A DNA stretch of 64,000 nt, taken from Chrysomallon squamiferum (taxonomy: Eukaryota; Animalia; Mollusca). This document shows positions 1 to 13,250 of the stretch, one piece after another. The number at the start of each line of letters is the position of its first letter. Position 1 is the first letter of the stretch. Below the pieces are notes generated by a model. That model searched no databases. It had not been told where the DNA came from and was given only the letters and a program-made list of their open reading frames with translations. The translations under genes and the position numbers were made by a program. Location of the stretch: positions 10,354,001-10,418,000 of the forward strand of contig CM022675.1 of the NCBI GenBank assembly GCA_012295275.1. Direction: 5' to 3'.

Positions 1-110
1 TAATGGCCGACTGGTGTATTCTAACTCACGTGGTTGTGTGTGTGCATAGACTACAAATTACTGCAGCTACGTCATGCCGCGACCTAACTCGCCAAGTGTT
101 GGCGAGGTTA
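1..110. promoter_or_regulatory. CpG-rich promoter-like segment
   Basis: Local CpG density is high against the CpG-poor background. Contains AATGGCCG (YY1-like, 2-9), TCACGTGG (E-box, 26-33) and GACTACAAATTAC (ZNF143/ACTACA-like, 49-61). Motif matches only. Confidence 0.3.
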
Positions 111-314
111 ATTGTTCATTCTAGGTGTGCATGTTGAGGCATGCATGTGTAAATGAAAAGAACAGTGTCGTGTTATTTACACTCTCCCGTGACAGGTCTG
201 AAAAGATTTTGTTGAAGAATTGTCTTGTTAAATCGCAGAGATAAAATAAAATGTGCGCGCACACACACACACATTCGTGTATATATATATATATCAGTTA
301 TTGGTGTTATTAAA

Positions 315-368
<54 letters not shown>

Positions 369-2498
369 ATAGATATGGATATAGATTTTGAAGTCAAATT
401 ATCTAATTTAAAAAAATAATAATATTATTAATAACCAACTTTAAAAAAAAAGGAGAAAAAAATCTTTGTTTACAGAGATATAATGCTATTTTTGTTTGTT
501 GGTTTATTTTTTGTTTCTAAACTTAACTGACAGTTTAAATCTTTATCAAATACTTCTGCAACTAGCATTTTGCATTTAATTTTTCATTCTGAGCTCATTT
601 TATTATTTTTTTTTTTTTAAATTTCCTTTGTTTAATTAGGCCATTACACTTTCATTAAGCATACTTCAATAAAGCTTTCATGATTGTGGCTATCTATCCA
701 CATATATTTGTTTCTAATTATTAAACTATTATTTTTATAGCTTGTGTATCACAGGTAACGGACATTTTGCATTATTTATTGATTTAAAACGAATAAATAT
801 ATTGATTGATTTATTTATTATTATTATATTTACTGCCAGGTAACACTGACAAAAAAACACAACACACATATTTTTTTAATTACTATAAAAGACAAACTGT
901 AACGAGAATAGAAGTGTTTGTCTGTGCTGCTGCTGCTGTTGTTGTTGTGACATGCACGGGAGGTCCCTGTGAAAGGTGGTGACGTGACCAGTGTACTGTG
1001 TAGTGAGCGTGCACAGCAAACACAGATACTGTTCCCAGGGAATAACCTGTTTACACGACACATTCCAAGTCATACAATATGGACAGTTTTGTCGGGTCGC
1101 ATTCAGAAATAAAAACACCTTTTCACATTCTGTCTCGGCCTCCTCTGCTCACTCGAATGAAATCGAGAGAAAAAAATAAAATCAACTCGGGGTGGGGGAA
1201 TGTTTATGACAGAATCCATTTTCCAGCTTGAGTGTTATGATAGTGCCAGTAAAAAAAATAAAAATAAAAAAATATATATATAAATAAATAAATGACAAAA
1301 CTGTTGTTGATGTTTTTGTTTCATAAATATTTAAAATATTACTGTCATGTTCTTGATGTAGTTCTGTTGTTATTGTTTATTAGATCTATGTTTTTTTTTT
1401 TTTTTTTAAAAGGCTCTAAATTAAAGCGTGTCTTTGTGTGATTATTTTTATTAATTTTTTTAAAGTTTTTTAAATGTTTATGGTTCTTTTATTTAGATTA
1501 TTTTTTAAAGTTTTTTTTCAATTTATTTTTTTTTATTATTTTTTAAATTTTGAGTGGATGTTTTTATTTTTTTTTTAATATATTTTTTAAATACTGGTAA
1601 ATTCTGTGATCAGTGTCATCATTTCCAGTTTTCGAAATGATGATGGTGATTATTCTTTTTAAGTTTTGAACGTAAAATCCTTTGGTTTAAAAATAGTGGC
1701 ATACATATTCTATTTATACATTTATAATTTTTATATAGATACATTTAAAAAAAACAAAAAACATGTAAAGCTCTACTAATACATGATATTTCAGTTACAA
1801 TGGTAGCATGTTTTTCTCATTCTGCCAAAACAATCTGCTAATTTTTACATAATGCATTGAAGTATCAGTGTCTAAAACATGTTAAATTATTGGAATTTTA
1901 AAATAAAACTACATTACCAACAAAAAAAAATAAAAAATATATATATATATATATATTTATCAAATTAATTAAACGGTAATACATTTTTCATAAAATTTAA
2001 TTGAAAATAGTTAAATAATTTGTTACTACAGCAACATGTTGCTTTTTAGTTTTTCATTTTTATACATTTTTATTTTATTACTATTATTATTTTTATTTTT
2101 TTTACAACAAAGATTTAACAGAAAAGTTTTCGGTTCACTCTAGAGAGAGACTGTTGTTAAAATCTAAACCCAGGAGCAACACAGTTATTTCTTATACTGC
2201 TAGTGCATGTACTTTTCTCAAGTTAGAAGATTTTCTCAGCAACCTTTTTTTTCTTCTTCTTCTTCTCGTCTTTTTTCTGATCAAGTTAGCGTGATGTTTG
2301 AGACATGCTTCACGTCAAAGATGGTGATCCATTTTTAGCGAGCACACACGCATGCAAGGCTCTCAATATTTGTCATGTGTGGATGTCTGGGAAGTGGTCT
2401 ATTTGTGTCCGCAGGTCCAGGGTCGATCATGCACGCAGTCATTTCACTTCGTTGCACGTCTCTCGCTGGTTTTTTTTTTTTTTTTTCTTCTGTCGCAG

Positions 2499-2570
2499 GT
2501 ATTCTGCTAGGGTTCACATTCCAGTCAACAGTGTGGCTTTGTGTTTTCAGCTTGGATTGTGTGAATTCAG
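2499..2570 (+). other. Candidate 72-nt upstream (5'UTR or alternative) exon of the zinc-finger gene
   Basis: Long polypyrimidine tract ending tgtcgcag| at 2498 and donor CAG|GTACTG at 2571; length is 3n and it is open in phase 1. Confidence 0.3.
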
Positions 2571-3472
2571 GTACTGAGATAGATTTCAGTATCAGGTATT
2601 GCATAACACTTTTGTATGTGACACTTGTGTTTCTCTTTTTATAAGGGGGATATTTTTTCTCTAGATACGGGCTGCAAGGGAAATTTTAAATTTTGGTGGA
2701 AATAGTAGTTATTTAGTTGTGTAACTTAGCATTTTATTCTGTCTGTATTTAATTGATGCATCACCTTTTTTTTTTTTAAATCTTTATTTTTATTTTTTTT
2801 TAATGAAATTTTCTTATGATTTTGCTTGTAGTGGAAGTTTAGATCGTACAAATAATGTTGCATATTTTAAACTTATACGTTAATGTTACATATTGTTTGT
2901 TTTTTATTTCTGTGTTTTACAGGTGTAATTTTCTAATTTTGCCTTTGTGGAAATTTTAAACTAAATTGATAATAATATTAGGTAGTTGTATGAGTTACAG
3001 GTATACACTGTATTTGATTACTCTGTTTCTTTTATTTATTTTACAATTGAATTTTTCTGAAGAAATTGTTGTAGAAATTTTAAAATTAAGTAAAACTAGA
3101 AACATATGTAACAGTAACAGTTTGAATTTGATTTCTGTCTTTTTCTGGATATTTTCCTTTTATTGATTTAAAAAAAAAGTTTTTTTTATTGATTTTTAAG
3201 TGAAATTATCAAATAACTTTTACCCTGGTGGAAATTTTGATGTTAATTAAAATATTACATGGGTCTATAATAATTTAACATTATGTAATACTTGTATCTT
3301 TTTACAAGTGAATTTTCTCAAGTCATTGGCTGCAGAGGAATTTACAGTATTCGTAACAGTATTTCAAGGATCCTAGCATTACGTTACAATTTTATTGTTG
3401 TTGTTGTTTTTTTATTACGTGTTTTCAGTTATCTTACTGGTATAGTGCTATGTAACATTGAAATATTAAATA

Positions 3473-3809
3473 CAGGTACCAGACCATATATCCAGATTCC
3501 TTGGTTCCTGAGGCATTCAGGATTTCTGGATTTTCCAGTTTTCTGGTACCAAGACATCTAAATATGTAAATAATTTGGCCTTAAACATTTTAAAATTAAA
3601 AACATAAAGAAAATTGACAATACTTAACTGTGGCGACTCAACACGTAAACAATGCGGCGAGTGAATGAACGCCACGAGGCTTGAAAGAGTAGTTCCGTTC
3701 TGGTGAGGACAACACCCACACCTGCATGAACTATGAAAATAATGTCGGGGGAAAAAGTGTTCTGGTCTTTTCTGGATTTCAGGACGCTGGATAGTTTGTC
3801 TTGTGCTTG
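3473..3809. mobile_element. MITE, Tc1/mariner-pogo type, degenerate copy
   Basis: Left end TA+CAGGTACCAGACCATATATCCAG at 3471; right end CTGGATAGTTTGTCTTGTGCTTG+TA ending 3811 is a decayed reverse complement. Same TIR family as the 5080-5306 element; TA target duplication. Confidence 0.6.
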
Positions 3810-4019
3810 TAGTAAGGAATGCAAATAGCTCTTTGTAGACATGTTCCTGTTATTTGTAACCAAATTCTGTTATTGACAACGTATTGTTGTTACCCAGATT
3901 TGTTATTGTTATTTTTATCAAAGTCACTGACTATTTATACAGTAAAATGCTGTAATGATACAGATGTAACAAACAGGATATGTTTACAATGCAGTTGGAA
4001 TATTTTTGCTTAAATGCAG

Positions 4020-4052
4020 AGTTTTTCGCTTACAAGATGTTGTTGCAGGCAG
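4020..4052 (+). CDS. Candidate start-codon exon of the zinc-finger gene (MLLQA + G, phase 1)
   Basis: Acceptor ...aaatgcag| at 4019, aagATG at 4037, donor G|GTATTT at 4053. Phase 1 fits the 6570 exon, giving [13 protein letters not shown]. No expression evidence; the true start may lie upstream of the window. Confidence 0.3.
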
Positions 4053-5079
4053 GTATTTGTCAGTGATGGTCATTGCAGAATAAGCTATCAAGTCTGTGTC
4101 CATACATCCAAGAACTGCTGTTTTGCATTGTTACTACGGTTGGTACTCTTGTTGTGTCATAGTCGAAAATGATGTAGATGAAGATTTGTACTTTTTAAAT
4201 GACTTTTTCTTCTCTTTTTTTTAACTATAAAATTAATGAAAGCATGTATGTATGTATGTATGTGTATATATATATGTTTATTATTTTCAAAATATGCTCC
4301 ATGCTACTGTTCAGTTTATGTTAACATTTTTAATTGTCTTGGTCGTTGCGTATATTTTATACTGTTGTACCTTTTTCTGTTTCAGTTTTTTTACTTAGTA
4401 TATCTAAATGTTGGTCACTGTAGGCAGTTTTCTAGATTATTTTTATTATTTATTTATTTTCTCTTTTTTTCATTTATTTAAGTTTAAAAATTTTACGTAC
4501 TTTTGTCATTAATTTGTTATTTTATCAGAAGAAAAATATTTATTTATGTACAGACGTGTTTTATATTGCAAAAAAAACAGCGTTATCAACTTTGTGCAGG
4601 TAAACAATTCTAAATACAGAATGTAATCAATTTAAAAATAATCTAATAGTACATTTGAAAAAGAATTTACGTTTTTGTATGTTCATGTATATGTGTTTTT
4701 AAAACAAAATAGAGGGAAAATCTTTTATTTGAAAACCAAAAATTATTTTCTATCAAGTTTATGAGAAAAAAAAAGAAAAGTAAAAAAGATGCTTATAAAA
4801 TGCGATTCCTAGATTTTTACGGCACACAAAAATAGGAGTATTTGAACAGTAAAAAATTTTTTAACTTTACAGTTGACAGTTAATAATTAAAAACAACAAC
4901 AACAACAAAGAACCCCATCACATACACCATTCCAGCTAGAGCCTTTTGACTCATTTATTTAATACCATATCAGGTGTTTTCCTGTTTTTGGGGAAGGTGT
5001 ATATAAAACAACAAACAGGTGACCCTTATCATTCACTATGCACTTACTAACTTTGTGTACAACACCAATAAGTTAAATA

Positions 5080-5306
5080 CAGATACCAGACCAGTTATCC
5101 GGTGTCCTGAAAACAGGAAGTTTTTTTCATAATTCGTACAAGTATGTGTTGTCCTCACCAGACTGGAACTACTCGTTCAAGCCATGTGGCATTTATTCAC
5201 TCGCTGCATTGTTTATGTGTCGAGTTGCCACAGTTTTGTATTTTCTTTATGTTTTTAATTTTAAAATGTTTTGCCTAAGGAGTCTGGATAATTGGTCTGG
5301 TACCTG
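5080..5306. mobile_element. MITE, Tc1/mariner-pogo type (227 bp)
   Basis: TA|CAGATACCAGACCAGTTATCCGG ... CTGGATAATTGGTCTGGTACCTG|TA: 23-bp terminal inverted repeat with 3 mismatches and TA TSD; no coding capacity. Confidence 0.75.
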
Positions 5307-6569
5307 TAGTAATGAATTTTTGAAAATAAGAGGAATAATGATACAAAGGGACAGACTCCATGTATTCTGCAGACTTCCAGATTGCATTTTATTCAATTTG
5401 TGCCATCCAATTTTAATTGAAAATGAAGTATAACATGAAATGGTTATAGTTCGAAAATATCTGGAGGTACCCATTTGTTTGTGGTGCCTCTCTCTCTCTC
5501 TCTCTCTTTGTATTTTCCTAATATTTTTCTTTCCTTTATGATTAAAATTTTACCTTTTTTTTTTTCTCACTCTTTCCTTTTTGTTTTTCTTCTCTTTTTT
5601 TTTTTCTGCCTTTCTGCTTAATTTTGTACAATTTATTTAAAATATAAAATTTTGATAATGATTTCAGACTAATTTATTTTACACAGTAACAGAAAATACT
5701 ATTATTATAAACGCATGACGTCAAATGTGCATGACAGGGAAGGTTTCTGTTTGAATTTATTACTTTCACATAATTTATGAACAAACATGCACGCGGACAC
5801 ACAAACAAGATTTTCTGAATAATTATTTAAATTAAATTGTGTCTTTAATTAAAGAAAATTTGTTTTATTCCGTTTACCCAAACCACAACCTAAAAAGTTT
5901 TACTTTTTTTTTATTTTACTTTTTTTTTTTTTAGGAGGAGGAAAGGATTTGTGTTTAATTTTTTTTAATATATTGTTATGTTATGTTATGTTGTATTGTA
6001 TAGTATTGTATTGTATTGTATTATGTGGTTAGAGTAAAGGACAATTTGATTGTAATATTTAAATTGTGCAGTGCAAGTTTTTATTTATTTCCGAGTTAAA
6101 TTCATTTCAATACCTGATGTATTTTATTTAATTTACCTGATATATTTGTAAACAAAAATGCCTTTTGGCTCAGATTTAACCTTATGGTCTTGAATAAATG
6201 ATCGCTTTCCATTATGAAATGTTCTGATACATTTTATATTACAAAATCTAAATATGCTGTGATAAAGATTTAAAATTTTGTGGAAGGGCAGCAGAAATTA
6301 TAATAGTTTAAGTATTTTTGTCACATTTCCCCGAAATTCATTTAAAGATTAATTAAATTTTAATTTAAATGATTTGTCTGTTTTTGATGGGACAGATGAT
6401 GATGATATTCACGATTCTGTGTATTACAAAATCGAAATACAGTGTCACGTATATTTTTGAATTCAGTGGAAGAGAAATAGGAATGACAATATTTTGAACA
6501 TAGAATCTTGCAAGTTACCGAAAGCTTGATTACTTTTCTGATGTGTTCTGAATGATTTGTGCATTTCAG

Positions 6570-9500
6570 ATGGGTCAGATGATGATGAGGATGATGATCA
6601 TAAACTGCAGATTGATATAAAAGAGGATTCAAAGAAAGTGGAATGTGACCAGAAGGAGTCTAAAGAAATAAACAAAACATCATCACAGAAAGCAGATAAA
6701 AATGATGACATCACATTGGACAAATCATCCAACTCCTCCGATTTAACAAACGACAAAGCGAACGCCGAAGCTGACAGCAAAGACTCTAGAAATTCTCAGT
6801 GTGCTGACGATGACAATAAAACCGACAGCAGAAAATCGACGACAAGTTTGGAAAATCGCAGTGTGAAGAAGTCCAACAAGAACCAGGCGGTTTCATCGTC
6901 AGAGCACGTGATTGTGACCGAACCGTGGCGCGGCTGAGGCAGCAGAGTAAGAGAGAGAGCGGCAGAAAGGAGGGACACGAGAAGGGAAAATACCAGAGTG
7001 ACTCGGACGCCGACGAGAGTGACCAGGACGATGTGGAGAGCTGGACTCCCGAGAAAACACAGGCCAGCAAGACGTTGAGGACGTCAGGTCGCAGGTCAAT
7101 GACGACAGACAGCCCGAGACTGCTGGGGAGGACCTGCGAGTACTGCGGAGCTGTGAAGCCGACACCCGCTGCGCTTCAGCGACATCTGAGGAAACACACA
7201 GGCGAGCGCCCGTTTGTGTGCAAGGTAAAAAAATGTTTGTAAAGCTGTTGATAAACTAGAAGATTTATGTTTTACGCATTTTACCTGCAATCAGAATTAT
7301 TAAAATGAATTTTTTAAAAACCTGTTAATTTATCTTTAACGAAAAACATTAACAGAAATTAAGATTGACCCATTCTATCCATTATAATAAATTATCATTT
7401 TTTTTTTATTTTTTTTCCATGAAGAAGATTAAAAATGTTTCTTTATTTGATTATTATTTAGTTACTGGTTCTTTTTTTAGCAGATTAATTATCATTTTAA
7501 TCCTTCACAGGTGTGTAACAAGGCCTACAAAGCGAAAAGAAGTCTTCAGCTTCATCTGCTTTCGAACCATCCTGACTACCCTGACAAGCCCACTCCACAG
7601 CACATCAAGCAGAACACCACGGCACAGCTGAGAGAAGTCCTGGAGCAGAAACTGAACAAAGAAAAGTTCCTGGACGGCACACCAGGCAACTCTGCTCCCA
7701 GTGCGAATGAACATTCCATGCCTCGAGAAGACGCACAAACCTTGAATGAGAAAAGCAGTTCAGAGGTTGGCCAGCCCAGCAATGCGACACTCCAGAGAGC
7801 TGAGGTTTCCCCCTTCACCGCTGAAGAGTCTGGTTCAAAGGGAGATAACCACGCCATGAGCAGGACCTGCAGATACTGTGGGAAGATCTGTTTGAAGCCG
7901 AGTGACCTCAAACGACACGTTCTGCTGCACACTGGAGACAAGCCCTACACATGTGAAGTAAGCATTCAGTTTATCTGAACATCTAGAACTTTCCATTCTA
8001 ACATGTCCCCCACAACTGGTTTATCAAGAAAATCTAGAAAGTTATTATTTTCCATTTCAACGAGTGCCACAGTTTGTGTATCAAATGTCACTGTAGGCAG
8101 TTTTCTTGATTATTTTTTTTATTTATTTGTGGTAAGGTGCTTATTAAAGATTCCTTGCTGCTAATGTATCAGATTTCAGTGATTTTCATCCCTTAGGGGT
8201 TGATAAAATCATATAATAATAAAACATGTTAATGTACTAAATAAATAATTATTCATTCATTGTTAAAATATAAAGTGCATTCCTTATTATTTGCCTTAAA
8301 CAATTTTTATAATTGAACTTATTTCTTTTATTCACTTTTTGGGGTAAATAGATTTGATTTAGAGAAAAAAAAAAAAAACTTTCACAATGGAAGTATATAA
8401 AATATATTTACACTGTTATATATATATATATATAAAATATGTTTAGACTATTCTTGGCATTGCTTTTATGTTCGGGATAAATGTAATTTTTATGACTTCA
8501 GGTTTGTGGGAAATCATTCAAGGCAAAGGGAAGCATGCTGTACCACCAGAAAGCTGCCCACAACATGAACGTAGAACTAAGTCAAAGCCTTGCAGAGCGC
8601 TACATGAAACTGAAAAACAGATCTTTTGAGAAATCCCTTTACGTTCAGGAGAAAATTGCCGAGTATCAGCATCACATGATTAATGGATCTCTTAAAGAGG
8701 AGCACGAAGATCCCGATTCATTATTAGAAAACTTCCATGGATCCGATGATGTCAGCTCCAAGGGACATAACTCAGGTTCATTCGGCTGTGTTGACGGTAC
8801 TGGTTCTGAAAAATGTAACCAGTCCGAACTGATTTCAGACATTTCCCATTCAGGTTTATCATCAAGTATGGACAGGAAGCATTCAGCATTTCCTTCGCTG
8901 TTGGACAGTATTAATTTCTCTCCTACCATCAGCCGCCAGTTTTCCAGTACTAGCGATGGTTCTGCCGAAGGTGCAGTAAGCAATTCACACGACGACGTTG
9001 GCGACTCTGTCGGAACTGTTGTGACAGGCGAGGGCCCGTTCATGAAAAGTCGAATTCGCGTGAAAAACGAGACCGTCTTGATAACTCGACTGGATGGCGT
9101 GAATCTTTCGACAGACAAGGAGACGTCCATGTACAAATGCTACATCTGTGGCACCATGCTTAGCTCTCTGAGGAACGTTCAGGTCCATCTGTCCATGCAC
9201 TTCGACCTGGAAATCACAACCTACCAGTGCCGCCACTGTGACGCAACCTTCGAGTCGAAACACCAGATGATGCAGCACATTCTGAGTCACAAGATAACAA
9301 ACAGGGTGGAAGGCAAGGTCCACAACGACGGAGAGGTGAGTGATGAGAGGTTGCTGATGGACGAAAACGATGAGGCAGAGTACCAAGTAACTGTTGACGG
9401 GCACAAGAAACCCAAGCCAGACATAAATGAGAACACAGAACTGCCTGCAGATATGTGGTTGGATAAGTGTGGCATGAAGTTGATTGGCAACTGGGAATGC

Positions 9501-12209
9501 AAATACTGTCGAAAGTCATTCTCCAGGCTTTATCTCCTTCAGCGACACGAGCGAATTCACAACGGGCAGAGGATGTTTTATTGCAAAGAGTGCCGCAAAG
9601 GCTTCAGCGAGTCACTCAACCTGCAACAACACATGATTCGCTTTCATGACAGCCCTAGAGGAATGTATGACCAAGTGGAATCTTTGCCCAGAAAGACAGA
9701 TAAAGAAAATCTGCAGTCTTTGATGCGCATTGCCTACTGGGACAAGTTCTCTGACCAGACCACTTTAGATGGAAGCACTGCTAACAATGAGGAGCTCAGT
9801 TCAGCTGAAGGTGAGCAGCGACTCAAAGATCTGGAAAAGGCAAAAGAATTTCTAGAGAAGCATGGAATACAGGATGATATTACTGTTGTGATGCCATCCG
9901 AACCTCCCACTGAAAATGACCTTTCTACCTCCGACAATAAACTTTCACCCTCACACGAAGCCTCAGAATCTGATCCAGAGGATCCTGAAATCAAAGCTGC
10001 CCCAAAGAGATCGCTGATGTCGTTTCGCAAAGAAGGCCCTCCTTCGAAGTCCAGACGCAAGTCGGCGCTTCCAGTGAAGTTGGACACTGTGAAGTGCGAG
10101 TCAAACAGTGAAGCTGGTGATACTGCTGCAGAGCACGCTGCTCTTTCCTCGCACGTCATTCCAAGCAAAGATATCAAACAAGAAGTGGTTGATCCCGGTG
10201 ACCGGCAGGACGTCTGCACATCATCTCCCATCTCCACATCCTCCATCCTCAGCACGGTCCTCTCCAGCTCTGCTGTGCTTGCCTCACTGAATCCTCTCAT
10301 CCTGGCAAGCACAGTCGCAGCTGCTCAGTCATCTTCACTGCTGGCAGCTTCGGGGCTGGTGTCTGGGTTACCCGCCACTGGTTTCGCTGTCAGCCCCATG
10401 CCGGTGCCAATTTCTGTTCAGGTTTCAGAAACGCCATCTGCTGGAAAGAATTCATCGTCGCCCAGCAGGTCATCGTCCTCACCGTCGCAGCCATCCCCCG
10501 TTGACCAAGACAGCCTGGTTGGTTTCCCACGCGTCCAGTGGAACCCATCACCAAGTGATAGTTCGTCTGGACCGTCTCCTCCAGACGGGAGGAAGCTGCA
10601 AAACTGGCATGTGGTTTCGTCTGACAGCATTTCTTCTGACGGTCGGAAGGTCACCTCTCTGTCTCGTACACATTCCAGGTAATTTGTAGTTTAAGTGAAT
10701 TGTCGGTCATTTCTGCTTTGTTTTTCCTTCTTCACCATGTATTCAGTTAGAGGTCTTCCCAGAAATTCGTATTTTCATTCCATCAGTGAGGGTTGAAGGT
10801 TATTTTTGTTTATTTATTTTATTTATTTGCTTTATTACTATTATTATTATTATTATTATTATTTTTTTTTTTAAATGAAGACTGATAGATAAATTAAAAT
10901 TAATTATAGAATATTTATGGATTTCCATTTATTTTTCATATACAGCTTACCCAGATAGTTTCAAGGATTTTTAAAAATAATATTTTTGCACATGCAGTTT
11001 GTATATATACAAAAAAGTCAGAAAAGAATTTCTGCTGCTCGGAAAAAGTTTCAGATTTTGGAACTCAGAATTTTGGGTAAGGGATCGTCAGTCTACATTG
11101 TCAGTGAGTAGACATAATTATGATTCTTGTATGTAAATTAGTCATCACAAAACTCTGAGCTTTCACGATTGCCTTGACAGTTGTTACATACAGTTTGTTT
11201 TTAACCTTCCAGATTGCATGTTGTTAATCAGCCGATAGATCGTGACATGGTGTGTAAACCCATTGTCTTGCCTGATGGGAGAGCTGTCTTCCGATGTGTG
11301 TTTTGTGCCAAAGACTTCCTTTCATTCTCAGACATCAACAGACACATGGACTTCCACGAAGGTAAGATAAACTGAAATGTGTCTTGCATTCAAAACAGCA
11401 TCCACCAAGATCAAAAACAGAAATGAAATGTTTTAAAAATATGTTTGCTTCCATCAAAAGTAGTCATTCCAACAAAAATGTTGTCTTTGTGTTGATAATC
11501 CTCATATGTACAGTTCCAAGAAATTCTTCTGAAAGCAGGGGAAGGACTTTCCTGATTCTGTTTCTTTGAGATATCCCACAGTGCACTTAATAACAACAAA
11601 AAATATTTCTTCTTCTTCAGATATTCGTCCATACAAGTGTAAATACTGTGATTATTATGCTAGAACCAACAGTCAACTGAAGGTCCACATGATGAGACAT
11701 CAAGGTATTTACATTGGCTATTTAGTTTTTGTTTTAAATTTATTAACCATTATGTATTTAGAGTTTGAATCATTATTCTCTTTTCCTAGATTTGCTGAAA
11801 TAAAACAAAATAAAAAAATTCATTTAAGACCAAATTTCAGAAACAGAACTGTTCTACTTATTTCTAACTAAAATGTCTTTCACTTAATTTATATGTTTTG
11901 TGTTTATTAATGGTTTGTTAATTATATCAGTAAATACTCTTGTTATTATTATTATTATTTAAAAAAAATAATTGTGTTTTCTTCTTTCTTTTCCTTGCAG
12001 GAATTCGTGACTTTTGCTGCAAACTGTGCAACTACAAAGGTGTGACTCAGTCGGACCTGAATCGACACATGAAATCTCAGATACATCTACTCAAGTCGCA
12101 GAATGAGTGCAAACACTGCAGGGAGGGATTTGTAACGGCCAGAAACCTTGAGAAGCATCTGGACGGTAACTGTGTGGTGAAGATGCACGATCTGGAAGCA
12201 GCAGATTAA
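6570..12209 (+). CDS. Multi-cluster C2H2 zinc-finger protein (12 fingers: four dispersed pairs plus a C-terminal cluster of four, the last C2HC-type); spliced; apparent 1-nt frame break in first visible exon
   Basis: Exons with GT-AG ends and matching phases: 6570-7224, 7511-7957, 8502-10678, 11213-11361, 11621-11704, 12001-12209 (TAA). Splicing rebuilds fingers across introns, e.g. [10 protein letters not shown]|[16 protein letters not shown]|VCGKSF, HMDFHE|[16 protein letters not shown]|[10 protein letters not shown]. Canonical TGE(R/K)P-type linkers are present. Some helices resemble ZNF236/ZFP64-type fingers ([16 protein letters not shown]) but orthology cannot be assigned by eye. The frame changes somewhere in 6820-6937. 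Confidence 0.9.
7990..8166 (+). mobile_element. Degenerate SINE remnant, MetaSINE/MESC-like central domain
   Basis: CACAACTGGTTTATCAAG and GTGGTAAGGTGCTTATTAAAGATTCCTTGCTGCTAAT resemble the recalled Meta-domain motif (GGGATGGTGCATATAAAAGATCCCTTGCTGCTAAT) common in molluscs. A weaker similar trace lies at ~4925-5010. Assigned from memory, not from a search. Confidence 0.4.
10941..11096. mobile_element. Possible Tigger/pogo-like MITE relic
   Basis: TACAGCTTACCCAGA at the left and TTTTGGGTAAGGGATCGTCAGTCTAC at the right share a CTTACCCA/TGGGTAAG inverted core; the interior resembles Tigger-type MITEs. Heavily decayed. Confidence 0.25.
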
Positions 12210-13250
12210 TCTGAATGTTCAGAAGTTGAAAATTACAACAAAAAAAAATGTTTTTTTTTTTTTTTGTTATGATCAGTACTGCAGCTTCATACATCAGTTT
12301 CTTTTACATTTTTAAAAACAAAATTTTTTAATTTTTTTAATTTTTAAAAATAGTTTCAGTTTCACAGACGTTTCTAGTGCAGTTTAATCAGAGTTCCCTG
12401 CTCAAATTCTGTACTGTATTTCACTGTGAATATATCCTGTTCCCAGGATCTGAATTGCATTTTGACTGCTGTCACTTATTCTTTGGTGCAGTTGTTTAAA
12501 TTGTTTTTTAAAACTTTTTTTATTAATTTGTTATTATTTCTGTTACTGCATCCTGATTACAGTTCATTCTTTATATCCTCGTCTTTTTGTTTTTATCAGC
12601 TGCAGGATATAAATACATTCCTCACTTAGTACAGTGACTGGTGATGATGTTGATATTAATCATCCTAGATGATTTTAATAACTTGGGCAAAACAAAATAA
12701 TGAATTCTTTTTAATGAGCATTATTATGATCCACATAGAGGGAGAAAACGTAAGTGTATGTTTTATTTCAATATGTGAGTTATTTTGAAATTACCTCAGT
12801 TACATACTTTTTTTTTTTTTTTTTTTAAAGAGAAAGAAAAAGAGTTTTAGAACTTTACATCTAGTTTTATTGTTGTCTTTTTTAATCAGTGAAGTAATTT
12901 CTGTTCTGTTTTTTTTAATTCATCTAAACGTACGTTGTTGTTTGATTCAGATTATTTTTGCTTCGTTCGATGGAAGTAGTAAATGTATGTAGCTTTTGTA
13001 TAAGAATTTTTATTGCACTACAGTGTATATATATTGACTGTTACAGTTTCGATGCTGGTTCAGATGTTCAGTAATTGTGATAATAGTTTGTGACCTGTGA
13101 AAGATGAAGGATTTGGTTGTAAATTAGTCCAAGGACAGTAAACAGACGTTTTGGAGTCGTGGGATTTGATCCTGGTTCCTAATTTACCATTCTCGATATT
13201 TGTTTTAGTCCCATTTATTAACGTGGACCTGTTTTGGTAGATGAACAAAT

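Noticed and set aside
173-419. Short ORFs with IYIY/THTH/VCVC runs, here and at many other microsatellites
   Set aside because: They are translations of dinucleotide and trinucleotide repeats.
6935-6937. TGA as selenocysteine or read-through codon
   Set aside because: Read-through stays in the wrong frame and hits another TGA before the zinc fingers; it does not fix the frame.
8672-10654. Several 70-190-aa minus-strand ORFs
   Set aside because: These are antisense shadows of the large zinc-finger exon with no recognisable domains.
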